Positions 1 through 10,479 of a stretch of 64,000 nt of DNA are shown piece by piece (position 1 is the stretch's first letter; every line of letters begins with the position of its first letter). The notes beneath the pieces were generated by a model, which made no database searches, was not told the DNA's origin, and saw only the letters and a list, made by a program, of their open reading frames with translations. The DNA is from a bacterium (GTDB lineage: Bacteria > Hinthialibacterota > Hinthialibacteria > Hinthialibacterales > Hinthialibacteraceae). The position numbers were made by a program, and so were the translations under genes. The stretch spans positions 608,001 through 672,000 of the forward strand of contig CAXXMV010000006.1 of assembly GCA_963662285.2 (NCBI GenBank). The letters run 5' to 3'.

Positions 1-1440
1 CAGCACCCTACAATAGTATGGTTTCGACGAGACCTTCGTGTATCTGATAATCCCGCTCTGGTTGAAGCAATCAGCCGGGGGATGCCGATAGTTCCAGTTT
101 TTATCTGGTCGCCGGAAGACGAATGTGACTGGCCTCCCGGCGCGGGAAGCCGATGGTGGTTGCATCATTCATTGCAAAGTTTGGATAATGATCTAAAGAA
201 ACTGGGCTCCCGTCTTATCGTTCGACAGGGCAACTCAATGGATGAGTTGCAGAATCTGATCATCGAGACCGGCGCTGGAGCGCTTTATTGGAACCGGCGT
301 TATGAACCGTCTCTGGTAGCGCGGGGAGCGGAGATTAAATCTGAGTTCAGGTCTCAACGAATTGAGGTTGAAAGTTTTAATGGTTCTCTATTATATGAGC
401 CGTGGGGAGTTTTGAGCAACCTGGAAAAACCAATTAAAATATTTAATGATTTTTGGAAAGCATGCATCAAACTTCCTGAACCGTCGCCTCCAATTTCATC
501 GCCGCGCGAAATCACCGCTCCGGCAAAATGGCCGAAATCTGTTCCGGTTGAGCAACTTGATCTATTAGGTGAAATCGATAGAATTTCCGGTTTCCGCACT
601 TCCTGGACTCCTGGAGTACATGCCGCTCACGAACAACTGGATCGTTTACTGGTTGAAACCTTGGCTCATTATAAGGAAGACCATGATCATCCTGATCATC
701 AAGGCGTATCCCGTCTATCACCGCATCTGAATTTTGGAGAGATCAGCCCCCGGCAGATTCTTCATGCCGTATTGGATTACATCCAACCAGATAAGAAAGG
801 CGCCAACAACGCCTGGGCTTTTTTACGCCAATTGGGAAGACGTGAATTCTCGCATCATCTGCTGTTTCATTATCCTTTTGTTTCTGATCAACCAATGGAT
901 TCAGCATTCTCCAATTTTCCTTGGATAGATGATAATGAACTTTTGAATGCGTGGCGTGAAGGACGAACCGGATATCCTTTTGTTGACGCCGGAATGAGGG
1001 AACTATGGCATACGGGTTGGATAAATAACCGGGTGCGCATGACGGTGGCGTCATTTCTGGTCAAAGATTTACTGATACCCTGGCAAAAAGGGGCAAGTTG
1101 GTTTTGGGAAACTCTGGTTGACGCTAATTTAGCCAATAACGCCATGGGATGGCAATGGGTGGCGGGTTGCTGCGCTGACGCCTCGCCCTATTATCATATC
1201 TTTAATCCGGTGATCCAGGGTGAACGGTTTGATCCGGATGGCAACTATGTCAGGCATTGGATTCCGGAACTGGCCTATTTACCCAATGACTGGATTCATA
1301 AACCCTGGGAAGCGCCTCCTCTTATGCTGGCTGAGGCTAATGTTGAACTGGGAACAAATTACCCTGACCGGATTGTGGATCATGCCATAGCGCGTAAATC
1401 GGCGCTTTATAGTTATGAAGCAATATCAAAGGGGAACTAG
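1..1440 (+). CDS. phrB: Photolyase/cryptochrome family protein (class III CPD photolyase-like), 5' end outside the window
   Basis: Frame 1 is open from base 1 (QHPTIVWFRRDLRVSDNPAL, the photolyase N-terminal motif); SRLSPHLNFGEIS, GRTGYPFVDAGMREL, NRVRM, GWQW, FNPVIQGERFDPDG. Confidence 0.92.
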   Translation, partial: QHPTIVWFRRDLRVSDNPALVEAISRGMPIVPVFIWSPEDECDWPPGAGSRWWLHHSLQSLDNDLKKLGSRLIVRQGNSMDELQNLIIETGAGALYWNRRYEPSLVARGAEIKSEFRSQRIEVESFNGSLLYEPWGVLSNLEKPIKIFNDFWKACIKLPEPSPPISSPREITAPAKWPKSVPVEQLDLLGEIDRISGFRTSWTPGVHAAHEQLDRLLVETLAHYKEDHDHPDHQGVSRLSPHLNFGEISPRQILHAVLDYIQPDKKGANNAWAFLRQLGRREFSHHLLFHYPFVSDQPMDSAFSNFPWIDDNELLNAWREGRTGYPFVDAGMRELWHTGWINNRVRMTVASFLVKDLLIPWQKGASWFWETLVDANLANNAMGWQWVAGCCADASPYYHIFNPVIQGERFDPDGNYVRHWIPELAYLPNDWIHKPWEAPPLMLAEANVELGTNYPDRIVDHAIARKSALYSYEAISKGN

Positions 1441-1637
1441 GTTAACAGAGTTGCTTATAAAAGTAGGTTGATCTTTTTCCCCTCAGTCCTTGATATGCAA
1501 TTACCATTCTTACATACTATAAGATTGTGACAATTGAATAGGATTAGAGAAGTTTATATAGAAAAAACCTTTTTAATTGTCATGATGTAATTGTGCATCG
1601 GCACGAAATTTAATATACCAATTTAAAGAGGAGACGG

Positions 1638-2741
1638 TTGATGTTGAAGAAACTATCGGTTTTATTAATCGTAGCGGCTATTGGTCTGACCTGTGTTCCA
1701 GCTTTCGCGGCTGACTCAGATGCGGATAAATATGTAGGCTATTGGGCGCTGGATCTTCCCGGCGGCGGCGCTGGTTGGTTGGGCGTAGTTAAAGCATATG
1801 ACGCCCAGGGACGGGCTTATCTGGATGCAGGCATCCTGTGGGGCGGCGGAAGCGTTGTACCGGTTGATGCAGCCTTTTTGGATCCGGATGGTAAACTTGC
1901 CTTAACGCGCAACCGTACAGTTAATCGCGGCGACAAAGGCGTAATTCGTGAAGTTCGCACTGATGGTAGTTTTGTCCGTGAGAATCATCTTATCGCGCAG
2001 CAAAACAAGAATCGCTCTCATACATTCGTCGAATTACTTTTGGCTTCAGTTGATGGTAATTATATGGAATTGACCCGCATGACCCCTTCGCCTACTCTCA
2101 ACAGAGAAATGAGAATTGAAAAATTTTCTGGTAAACGCATTAAGGATTTACCCGCCCCGCCAGACCTGAGTAAAGTACGTTACGGCGATGCCATTGAACT
2201 GTTTAATGGCAAAAACCTGGATGGATGGAAACTGACCAATCCACGCAGCGTCAGCGGATGGTTTGTTGAAGACGGCGTTTTGAACAACGATCCAAAGCAG
2301 GAAAAAGGCAAGCCGCACGTTAATTACGGTAATATTCGTACTGAAGCAGAATTTGAAGATTTCAATCTTAAACTGGAAGCCCGCGTCCCTGCAGGTGGAA
2401 ACAGCGGCATTTATCTGCGAGGAATCTATGAAGTACAGGTTATGGAGAGTTACGGTTTACCTATAGACCCGCATCACATGGGCGCCGTATATAGCCGCAT
2501 CGCTCCACGCGTAGCAGCAGAAAGACCTGCCGGCGAATGGCAGACGGTTGATATCACGCTTTGCGACCGTCATGTAACAGTTATTCTTAATGGCGCTAAA
2601 ATTATTGATAACGAACCTCTACTGGGTTGCACAGGCGGCGCGTTGACCTCAGATGAATTTCGTCCAGGCCCCATATATCTTCAGGGCGATCACACCGGCG
2701 TAAGTTACCGTAATGTTGTTCTTACTCCAATCATTAAATAA
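1638..2741 (+). CDS. Secreted DUF1080 (3-keto-disaccharide hydrolase-like) protein
   Basis: Signal peptide ending AFA-A; LFNGKNLDGW, GNSGIYLRG-YEVQV, GEWQ, GPIYLQGDH; RBS GAGGAG upstream (start 1638 or 1641). Confidence 0.88.
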   Translation: MMLKKLSVLLIVAAIGLTCVPAFAADSDADKYVGYWALDLPGGGAGWLGVVKAYDAQGRAYLDAGILWGGGSVVPVDAAFLDPDGKLALTRNRTVNRGDKGVIREVRTDGSFVRENHLIAQQNKNRSHTFVELLLASVDGNYMELTRMTPSPTLNREMRIEKFSGKRIKDLPAPPDLSKVRYGDAIELFNGKNLDGWKLTNPRSVSGWFVEDGVLNNDPKQEKGKPHVNYGNIRTEAEFEDFNLKLEARVPAGGNSGIYLRGIYEVQVMESYGLPIDPHHMGAVYSRIAPRVAAERPAGEWQTVDITLCDRHVTVILNGAKIIDNEPLLGCTGGALTSDEFRPGPIYLQGDHTGVSYRNVVLTPIIK

Positions 2742-2780
2742 TGCATCGCTTGATTTGATTTTAATTTATGCATAACTAAT

Positions 2781-2812
2781 AGGAGACTGTCGAAAGGCGG
2801 TCTCCTTTATTC
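2781..2812 (+). terminator. Probable intrinsic terminator
   Basis: AGGAGACTGTC-GAAA-GGCGGTCTCCT hairpin followed by TTATT. Confidence 0.65.
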
Positions 2813-2906
2813 TATTGTGAAATAAATTCAAATAATCGTTGATTTGATTATTGATTGAAGATTTAGTGTATTATATCTCAAACAAAATATCTGGAGTAAT
2901 TAAAAG

Positions 2907-3959
2907 ATGAAGCAGCAAGAAGGTAAGTGGGAGCAGCGCTGGCATCCTTTGTGGCGCGAATGGGTGGTTTACGCCGCTCATCGCAACCAACGTCCCTGGA
3001 GTGGTGAAGAGGCGCCTCAAGCCAAGGTTGCGCCGGATTATGATCCGGGTTGTTATCTCTGTCCGGGAAATGCGCGGGTGCATGGCGCCACTAATCCAGA
3101 CTATCAAGGCGTTTATATATTTGATAACGATCATCCCGTGGTAGGGCTGGATTCGCCTGTAATTTCCGGGGATCGTCTGGCATCCGCCGCCGGGCTTTAC
3201 CGCCGCTGTAAAGCGGATGGCATTGCGCGGGTGGTCTGTTATGATCCACGGCATAATGTGACGCTATCTGAGATGCCTCTTGGTAAAGTGACTCCGGTTT
3301 TTATAGCATGGCGTGAGCAGGTGCGTGAACTGCAACAGATTCACAACATTAATTTTGTTCATATTTTCGAGAATAAGGGCGAGATAGTCGGCGTTTCCAA
3401 TCCTCATCCCCATTGTCAGATTTATTCCACAAATTTTTGTTTCAGGCATGTTGAAAAAGAACTGGAATCCGCAGAGCAATATAAAAAAGAGACAGGCCAA
3501 AATCTTTTTGCGGCGGTGATTGATGCTGAGCAATCTGAAGAAATCCGTATTATTGCGCAGAATGAACATGCCATCGCCTTCATTCCATTCTTTGCGCGGT
3601 ACGCTTATGAAATTCTGATCTTTCCCAAACGTCGTCATGCCAACCTCATCACTATGTCTGATGAAGAACTGAATGGCATGGCTGGCGTATTTCAAGAAGT
3701 GACGCGCCGTTTCGATACTCTATTTTCAATGAGGTTTCCTTATGTGATGTCTATACTACAATCCCCGGTGGATGATGGGGATTATAGGGATTATCACCTG
3801 CATTTTTTGATGCAGCCTCCTTTGCGTCAGCCGGGATTGCAGAAATACCTGGCTGGACCGGAAATCGGCGGCGGTAATTTTATGGCGGATACCATGCCGG
3901 AAGAGAAAGCGGCTGAACTACGCGCGGTGGATTTGGCGAATTTTCAGGAATTGGAATAA
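2907..3959 (+). CDS. galT: Galactose-1-phosphate uridylyltransferase (GalT family)
   Basis: RNQRPW, YDPGCYLCPGN, FENKGEIVGVSNPHPHCQ (HPH nucleophile motif). Confidence 0.93.
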   Translation: MKQQEGKWEQRWHPLWREWVVYAAHRNQRPWSGEEAPQAKVAPDYDPGCYLCPGNARVHGATNPDYQGVYIFDNDHPVVGLDSPVISGDRLASAAGLYRRCKADGIARVVCYDPRHNVTLSEMPLGKVTPVFIAWREQVRELQQIHNINFVHIFENKGEIVGVSNPHPHCQIYSTNFCFRHVEKELESAEQYKKETGQNLFAAVIDAEQSEEIRIIAQNEHAIAFIPFFARYAYEILIFPKRRHANLITMSDEELNGMAGVFQEVTRRFDTLFSMRFPYVMSILQSPVDDGDYRDYHLHFLMQPPLRQPGLQKYLAGPEIGGGNFMADTMPEEKAAELRAVDLANFQELE

Positions 3960-3962
3960 CTT

Positions 3963-4973
3963 ATGAATCATGAACAGATTAAAGATATTTTATTAGAGAT
4001 TGGACGTCAGGTTTGCGAACATGTCCATCATGCATTGAAGCATCAGTCGATGGAGCAACGAACCTCGGTTCATGAGGAGACTGAGGAAGATACGATTTAT
4101 TCCATCGACCGTGATGTTGAATCGATCATCGTTCCTGAACTGGGCAAGTATGCTGAGTCCCTTGGAGGCATCATCCTTATAGCTGAGGGTATAGGCGATG
4201 AGGATTGCGTTGTTATTCCTGAAGGATTGCATCCTGATAAAGCCGCCATACGCATTATTATGGACCCTATAGATGGAACCAGGGGCATAATGTATGACAA
4301 ACGATCCGCCTTTTATCTGGCTGGAGCGTCTCCCAATACCAACAAAAATCCTTCATTGCAAGATATAGAAATTGCAGTTATGGTGGAACTTCCTACTTCG
4401 CGCAGTATGTTAAGCGACTCTTTCTGGGCGGTTCGGGGCCAAGGGGCGCATCGTTTCACCCGCGATCTGCATACCGGGCAATGCATGGATTGTCATATAT
4501 CTCCGTCAAAATCAAAAACCATCCTGGGTGGATTCGCCCAGATCAGCCGTTTCTTCCCGCCGGGCAAGGATATACTTGCTCAAATCGAGGAAGAGATGAT
4601 TAATGAGCTTTTTCCCGATCCTCCAACCCGACGGGCGATTATCTTTGAAGATCAATACATCTCCACGGGCGGACAACTCTATGAAATCCTAACAGGACAT
4701 GACCGCTTCACGGCTGATTTACGAGCCAGCCTATACCGACGTTTTACATTAGAGAACCGTTGGATAGGATTAACCTGTCATCCCTATGATGTAAGCGCCC
4801 ACCTGATCGGTACGGAAGCGGGCGTTATCATTACCGATGCGGAAGGACAGCCGCTTGATCCTCCAATGGATACGTGCAGTCCGGTGGATTGGATAGTCTA
4901 CGCCAATCAGTCAATCAGGGATGAGGTTGAGACGGTTTTACACAATCTTCTGCGAAAACATAAACTGCTATGA
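3963..4973 (+). CDS. Inositol monophosphatase/FIG-superfamily sugar phosphatase
   Basis: DPIDGT metal-binding motif, AVRGQGA, HPYDVSA...EAGVIITD..G; starts 3 bp after the galT stop. Confidence 0.8.
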   Translation: MNHEQIKDILLEIGRQVCEHVHHALKHQSMEQRTSVHEETEEDTIYSIDRDVESIIVPELGKYAESLGGIILIAEGIGDEDCVVIPEGLHPDKAAIRIIMDPIDGTRGIMYDKRSAFYLAGASPNTNKNPSLQDIEIAVMVELPTSRSMLSDSFWAVRGQGAHRFTRDLHTGQCMDCHISPSKSKTILGGFAQISRFFPPGKDILAQIEEEMINELFPDPPTRRAIIFEDQYISTGGQLYEILTGHDRFTADLRASLYRRFTLENRWIGLTCHPYDVSAHLIGTEAGVIITDAEGQPLDPPMDTCSPVDWIVYANQSIRDEVETVLHNLLRKHKLL

Positions 4974-4986
4974 ACGGGGAGAAATA

Positions 4987-6405
4987 ATGATTATGAATTT
5001 GAATGATTTTTTTGATGCAGGGAAAACGATTTATCATGCTTCGGCGCCGGGGCGGCTGGATGTTATGGGAGGCATAGCGGATTATTCGGGTTCACTGGTT
5101 CTGCAAATGCCTATTGAACAATGCGCCAACGCATGGCTTGCTTTGCGTGATGACGGTTGCGTCCGGGTGCGCAGCGCATCAGTGGAAGCGTTGGGATTGC
5201 AAGCAGAAATTAATGTTGAACTTAAGAAATTTTTTGAAAATGGGAATCTGCTTGATTATGCTGAATGCTGCAAAACGTTTTCCGCAATTAAAGGAGGCGA
5301 GTGGTCGGCCTATGCTATTGGATGCGTCCTGGTATTGATCAAAGAGAAGGGAATTGAAATTCCCGGAGTTGATATCCTGATCCAGTCGGATGTTCCCATA
5401 GGCAAAGGCGTTTCATCTTCGGCTGCCATTGAGGTGGCGGTCATGTCCGCTTTAGCGGAAGCATGTCAACTCGATCTTGATCCTGTCGAACTTCCCCTGC
5501 TGGCTCAGATAGTTGAAAACCGGGTGGTCGGCGCTCCATGCGGCATTATGGATCAGCTGGCCTCATACCTGGGGATGGAGAATCGTCTGCTGCCTATCCT
5601 TTGTCAGCCGGTTCAGGTGTTTGATCCCATCTGTATACCAGAGCCTATACGTTTTGTGGGCATAGACAGCGGCGTGCGTCATGCAGTCAGTGGAGCGTCG
5701 TATAGCGATGTGCGCACTGCTGCATATATGGGATATTCAATCATAGCGCTCAATGAAGGCGCCGGAGTAGGTGATATTACTAATGCGAAAGCGTCATGCG
5801 ATTGGTCAGCGCTTCCCTATGGTGGATATCTGGCCAATATTGACGTCTCGCTGTTTGAATCCCGTTTTCAATCACTGCTGCCAATCCGGATTAGTGGAAA
5901 AGAATTTCTTGATAGATATGGTGATATCATAGATTCGATAACCTCGGTTGATCCTGATAATCAATATGCGGTGCAAACCTGCGCCGCGCATCCGGTTTAT
6001 GAAAACCACCGGGTCAACTCTTTCATGCAGATGCTGAAAACTTTGGCTGAACAGGATGCTTCATCGATCCAAATTCCCAAAATATTAAGGATGTTGGGCG
6101 ACTTTATGTTTCAGTCGCATTCCAGTTATTCGGCTTGCGGCCTGGGATGTGAGGGGACGGATGACATCGTTACCGCCGTTTGTGATTCGGGAATTAAGTC
6201 AGGCGTATATGGAGCGAAAATCACAGGAGGAGGCAGTGGTGGAACCGTTTGCGTGTTATGCGAGGATCAAGCAGGCCTGGAGACTGCGCAACGCATCGCG
6301 CAAGAATACTCGGATAAAAAAGGCATTGATCCGTTTCTATTCATCGGCAGTGGTCAGGGCGCCCGCTCTAAAGGCGTAAAAACAATAGCGAATGATAGGT
6401 TCTAA
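4987..6405 (+). CDS. GHMP sugar kinase, galactokinase/L-arabinokinase-like
   Basis: APGRLDVMGGIADYSGSLVLQMPI, PIGKGVSSSAA (GHMP motif), CGIMDQ, GAKITGGGSGG; ATG at 4987 with GGGGAG upstream is preferred over 4921. Confidence 0.88.
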   Translation: MIMNLNDFFDAGKTIYHASAPGRLDVMGGIADYSGSLVLQMPIEQCANAWLALRDDGCVRVRSASVEALGLQAEINVELKKFFENGNLLDYAECCKTFSAIKGGEWSAYAIGCVLVLIKEKGIEIPGVDILIQSDVPIGKGVSSSAAIEVAVMSALAEACQLDLDPVELPLLAQIVENRVVGAPCGIMDQLASYLGMENRLLPILCQPVQVFDPICIPEPIRFVGIDSGVRHAVSGASYSDVRTAAYMGYSIIALNEGAGVGDITNAKASCDWSALPYGGYLANIDVSLFESRFQSLLPIRISGKEFLDRYGDIIDSITSVDPDNQYAVQTCAAHPVYENHRVNSFMQMLKTLAEQDASSIQIPKILRMLGDFMFQSHSSYSACGLGCEGTDDIVTAVCDSGIKSGVYGAKITGGGSGGTVCVLCEDQAGLETAQRIAQEYSDKKGIDPFLFIGSGQGARSKGVKTIANDRF

Positions 6406-6455
6406 AATCTCTTCTTTTCAGTATACTTTATTTACTTGATAGGAGTCTATTATCG

Positions 6456-7433
6456 ATGAATAAGAGAAATGATGACCACTCATTTTCCCGGCGCGTCTTT
6501 TTACATGGCGCCCTATCGGCCAGTTTATTGCCGCTGGCGTCATTTGCTTCAAACTCTTTATCTGCCAATTCCGATAGCAGAAAATCCCGCGTTATCGTGG
6601 TTAGAGACGCGAAGGCATTGGATAAAGATAACAAAGCCTGCGCAACAACAATCAATCAGATGTTGGAGAATGGTCTTCTGGCTTTAACAGGTTACAATAA
6701 TCCGATGCAGGCTTGGGGATATCTTTTCTCTAAAACCGAGCGTATATCAATAAAATCTAATATAAGTCTTGCATCAGTTCATAGGGATATCCATTCAGCA
6801 TTATTGTATGGACTTGCATCCTCTGGCATAGCGGAAGATCAAATCAGGATATGGGATAGAAACCGGGGTGGACTGGGACTGTCGCAGGCGGATGCTTCAG
6901 GTTGGAACTGGGCGCCTGGTTATGGTGCGGGGGGTATTAGCAGGGCTGTTGAGTGGGCGGATGGATTGATCAATGCTCCAAGATTGAAAAGTCATGAGTT
7001 GTCCGTGATGTCGGGGGCGCTGAAAAATTGGGTGGGCGCTGTTACCAATATCAATTGCCGTGATGAAAATGTTGTTTTTCCAATCCACGCCAACCATTGC
7101 GCTGATGTTGGCATGATAAACGCGTTGCCGGTAGTTCAGCGGAAATGCCGCTTGATTGTAGTAGACGCATTATTGCCGTTGTTCCACGATATGGATAACC
7201 AAAAGCCGTGGGCTTATAAAGGTCTGGTGATAGGGACTGATCCAGCGGCGGTTGATAGCGTCTGTTGGAGAATACTGCAAGGCTGCCGTAGAAAAACCAG
7301 TGGTGAACTGAATGGTTATAGAGAGATGCCTTTGCATATCTCAAATGCGGAAGCCAAGTATGGTTTAGGGAATTGCGGCTATGACCGTATAGAAACCGAA
7401 TTGATTGGTTGGTCTGAAGATTGCTTCATTTAA
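6456..7433 (+). CDS. Tat-exported DUF362 domain protein
   Basis: SRRVFL Tat motif; IKSN, LINAPRLKSH, SGALKNWVG, DPAAVD. Confidence 0.75.
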   Translation: MNKRNDDHSFSRRVFLHGALSASLLPLASFASNSLSANSDSRKSRVIVVRDAKALDKDNKACATTINQMLENGLLALTGYNNPMQAWGYLFSKTERISIKSNISLASVHRDIHSALLYGLASSGIAEDQIRIWDRNRGGLGLSQADASGWNWAPGYGAGGISRAVEWADGLINAPRLKSHELSVMSGALKNWVGAVTNINCRDENVVFPIHANHCADVGMINALPVVQRKCRLIVVDALLPLFHDMDNQKPWAYKGLVIGTDPAAVDSVCWRILQGCRRKTSGELNGYREMPLHISNAEAKYGLGNCGYDRIETELIGWSEDCFI

Positions 7434-7459
7434 GTTAGAGCGATTCTATGTTGATCTCT

Positions 7460-8113
7460 CTAAACGATGGATTCGTTATGAACCCACTCGAATGCTTTCA
7501 TCAGCAGTTCGTTGGTGTTTTGCAGATTTAGTTTTTCTTTGACGCGGGTGCGGTAGGTTTCGATAGTTTTTATGCTGAGATGCAGCTGATCCGCTATCTG
7601 GCGCGTGGTGTATCCCTGCCCGATTAATCTGAATACATCCAACTCACGGTCGCTTAATATATCCATATCGGAAGTGGAAGCATTCAATGAGGAGCCGGAT
7701 ACCTTATGCAGTATTTTAGAAAGGATGCTGTCGCTGACATACATTTCACCTTTCAAAACTTTGCGTAGAGCGAACATGATTTGATCGGTCAGTTCTCTCT
7801 TCATGATATAGCCATTAGCGCCGGCTTTGAGCGCACGTTCAGCGAAAAGGGATTCTTCATGAAGCGAGATGACCAGTACGGGAAGGTTTCCAACTTGAGC
7901 ACGGATATTCTTGATAAGGTCGATTCCGTTGGTTCCCCCTAAATGTATATCTACAATCACAACATCCGGTTTAAGTGAATTAACTTTTTCAAATGCAGTA
8001 TGCGTATCTCCTGCTTCGTCGCATACGATTAAATCATCTTCTTGATCAATGAGTTGTTTTAACCCATGACGTACGATAGGATGATCATCGACCAGCAATA
8101 CTTTTTTTCTCAT
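7460..8113 (-). CDS. NarL/LuxR-family response regulator
   Basis: VDDHPIVRHG, DVVIVD receiver; LSDRELDVF...LHLSIKTIETYR LuxR HTH. Confidence 0.93.
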   Translation of the reverse strand: MRKKVLLVDDHPIVRHGLKQLIDQEDDLIVCDEAGDTHTAFEKVNSLKPDVVIVDIHLGGTNGIDLIKNIRAQVGNLPVLVISLHEESLFAERALKAGANGYIMKRELTDQIMFALRKVLKGEMYVSDSILSKILHKVSGSSLNASTSDMDILSDRELDVFRLIGQGYTTRQIADQLHLSIKTIETYRTRVKEKLNLQNTNELLMKAFEWVHNESIV

Positions 8114-8614
8114 TGCTTATAGTCTCTAACTGTAGAATATAATATCGGATGAATACAACAAGAAACCTATCTCGAAACAGAATTGCTGGCGGGAAAAAGT
8201 AGTATTGATCAGTCCAATTCACCCAAGAAAGAACTAATCCAGATAAAAAATAACAATTCAAATACTAGAGCGGTTCTCAAAATCATGTTCAATTATTGTC
8301 GCATTTGATCTTCGGAAAATCCGATCTATTACGGTTTTTTCGAAACGCAAATAAGAACGTTATTATGCAAACCACCTAAATTAAAATGACGCCAGAATAT
8401 CTAAATTATATTAGCATTAATCATAAAGTGTAGAGATAATAATCCGATTTTTAAGATTATATATAAAGAAATATAATAGAGAATTATGATGAGTTTCTCT
8501 ATATTGCACTATTTGTTAAAGATAATTGGCTCAAACAAGAAAAAAAACTTCCGGGAAAAACAAGCATATGAATTAACAAAGCCTGAAAATAAACGAGTTT
8601 GAATATCCAGATGA

Positions 8615-8953
8615 TTAAAGCATCATTTTATCAAGCGCTTCGAATTCAGAGGGGAAAATTTTGAAAACTTTATCGAGTTGAACAACTTGGAACAATTCCT
8701 CAATTTGAGCATTTAACGCGCAAAAAGCAAAAATGCCTTTTTGGCTCTCAACACTTTTTTGGCATTCAACCAGAGTTCGGATGCCGGAACTGCTTAAATA
8801 TTCCAGGTTAGAAAAATCAAGCAGAATCTTGGTTGCGCCATCCTGGATATTTTTCTTTACAATAGAACTGAACTCATTAAGCGCATTGAAATCCATTCGC
8901 CCATGAGGTTGGATGATAGTTATGTCTGATTCGGTTCGTACATCAATCTTCAT
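8615..8953 (-). CDS. STAS-domain anti-sigma-factor antagonist (RsbV/SpoIIAA-like)
   Basis: GRMD, ILLDFSNLEYLSSSGI phospho-Ser motif. Confidence 0.9.
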   Translation of the reverse strand: MKIDVRTESDITIIQPHGRMDFNALNEFSSIVKKNIQDGATKILLDFSNLEYLSSSGIRTLVECQKSVESQKGIFAFCALNAQIEELFQVVQLDKVFKIFPSEFEALDKMML

Positions 8954-9137
8954 CTGTCGTTTCCTAACTCAATATATGATATGGATGATAAATAAAAGAG
9001 TTTCTCATTAATTCATGAATACTTGCCAACATAACGTAATAGTTTATAACATTTTAACGTTATTTTAGAAGCTTACAACACCTGGAACGCATTTCCATAT
9101 ATTTATAAACAGCATTTTTTGAAAACATTGGATTGCT

Positions 9138-10331
9138 TCAAGTCCTGATTTTGGGGAATGTTAGGCTTTGTTTTAGAGTATGCTGGTTTGAAAATCGCTC
9201 CAATATTTCGAAAGTCAGTAAGGTTAAATCATCAGTTGGCTCGATATTGCGGAAATTTTCAACCTGTTTAAAGATTATATCTATCATTTCCTTGGGCGGA
9301 TGATCTATGGCTTGATAAATGATATCCAAAAATCTTTCCGGGCCGAGTATATCGCCATCTTCCTTCCTGGATTCAATAAAACCATCGGTATAGAGAATGA
9401 TTCTATCACCAAAATTTATTGGAATAGTTAACTGGCTGGATTGATCAAGCGATGCTTCTTGAAGACCGATGGGCAGTATTTGCGAGGCTATGCAATCAAT
9501 CTTCTTCTCTTTATTACGCCAGATAAGAATGTCTGGATGGCCGGCGTTTACTAAAGTTAATTGTCCATTTTGGATATCAATCAAGATTAAGGCCATTGTG
9601 CAAAAAAGCCCGGTCATACTAAATTGTTCTAAAGAAATATTATTGATTTGTTCAATAATTCGGTATGGCGCATGAGATTGAACAAACAAATCAGTTAATT
9701 GGTAATGAATCATGGAGGCTATTAAGGCTGCCGAAACTCCATGCCCGGTGACATCGTATAACGCTGCGATCAATGAACCATCGTCATATTGCCTGGTGGT
9801 TAGATAGTCTCCACCGATTTCAATCAGCGGTTCATAACGCAAGTTCATTCTTATATGGCCATCATCAAATTCGTAGGGCAGCATACACTGTTGAACTCTG
9901 GTAGCTAAGTGCAGATCATTTTTTAGTTGTTTTTCGTGTTCGTGAACTTTTCTTTCTAATTCAGATTGTTTTAAGACTCTTTGAATTATCTGAAGCAAAT
10001 AATCAAAATTGACTGGCTTGGTTATAAAATCGGACGCTCCGAGTTTCATGGCGTCAACGGCGCGATCGATAGTGGCGAAAGCAGTCATTATGATGATGGG
10101 GATATCTATTTCGCGTTTTTTGCATTCACGCAATAATTCCATACCATCCATCTCCGGCATTTGTATATCGCTTAGAATGGCATCGGGATTATGATGGTCG
10201 AGCATTGTTAAGGCGGTTTCACCATTTTCGGCGCTAATGGTTGATAAGCCTGCCTTTTTTGCAAACTTGCATAATAAGAGACGAATCTCTTCTTCATCAT
10301 CTACAATTAAAAGAAGAGGTGATTTGTTCAT
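9138..10331 (-). CDS. Receiver + PP2C/SpoIIE phosphatase (RsbU/RsbP-like)
   Basis: N-terminal REC (VDDE, SDIQMP, KP); IGGDY, DVTGHG, NAGH, LYTDG, DDLT. Confidence 0.92.
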   Translation of the reverse strand: MNKSPLLLIVDDEEEIRLLLCKFAKKAGLSTISAENGETALTMLDHHNPDAILSDIQMPEMDGMELLRECKKREIDIPIIIMTAFATIDRAVDAMKLGASDFITKPVNFDYLLQIIQRVLKQSELERKVHEHEKQLKNDLHLATRVQQCMLPYEFDDGHIRMNLRYEPLIEIGGDYLTTRQYDDGSLIAALYDVTGHGVSAALIASMIHYQLTDLFVQSHAPYRIIEQINNISLEQFSMTGLFCTMALILIDIQNGQLTLVNAGHPDILIWRNKEKKIDCIASQILPIGLQEASLDQSSQLTIPINFGDRIILYTDGFIESRKEDGDILGPERFLDIIYQAIDHPPKEMIDIIFKQVENFRNIEPTDDLTLLTFEILERFSNQHTLKQSLTFPKIRT

Positions 10332-10479
10332 TTGGCGCTTCCTCTGCGGTGTGATGAATTAGCATTAAATAATATAACAATATTCTCCCATGCAAAATAT
10401 GAGTTTGTAAGATAACTCATCAGTGATGGTTAAAAAAACTGCGGAGGATTTATGTTGAATTTCACGAATTCCACCGTAG

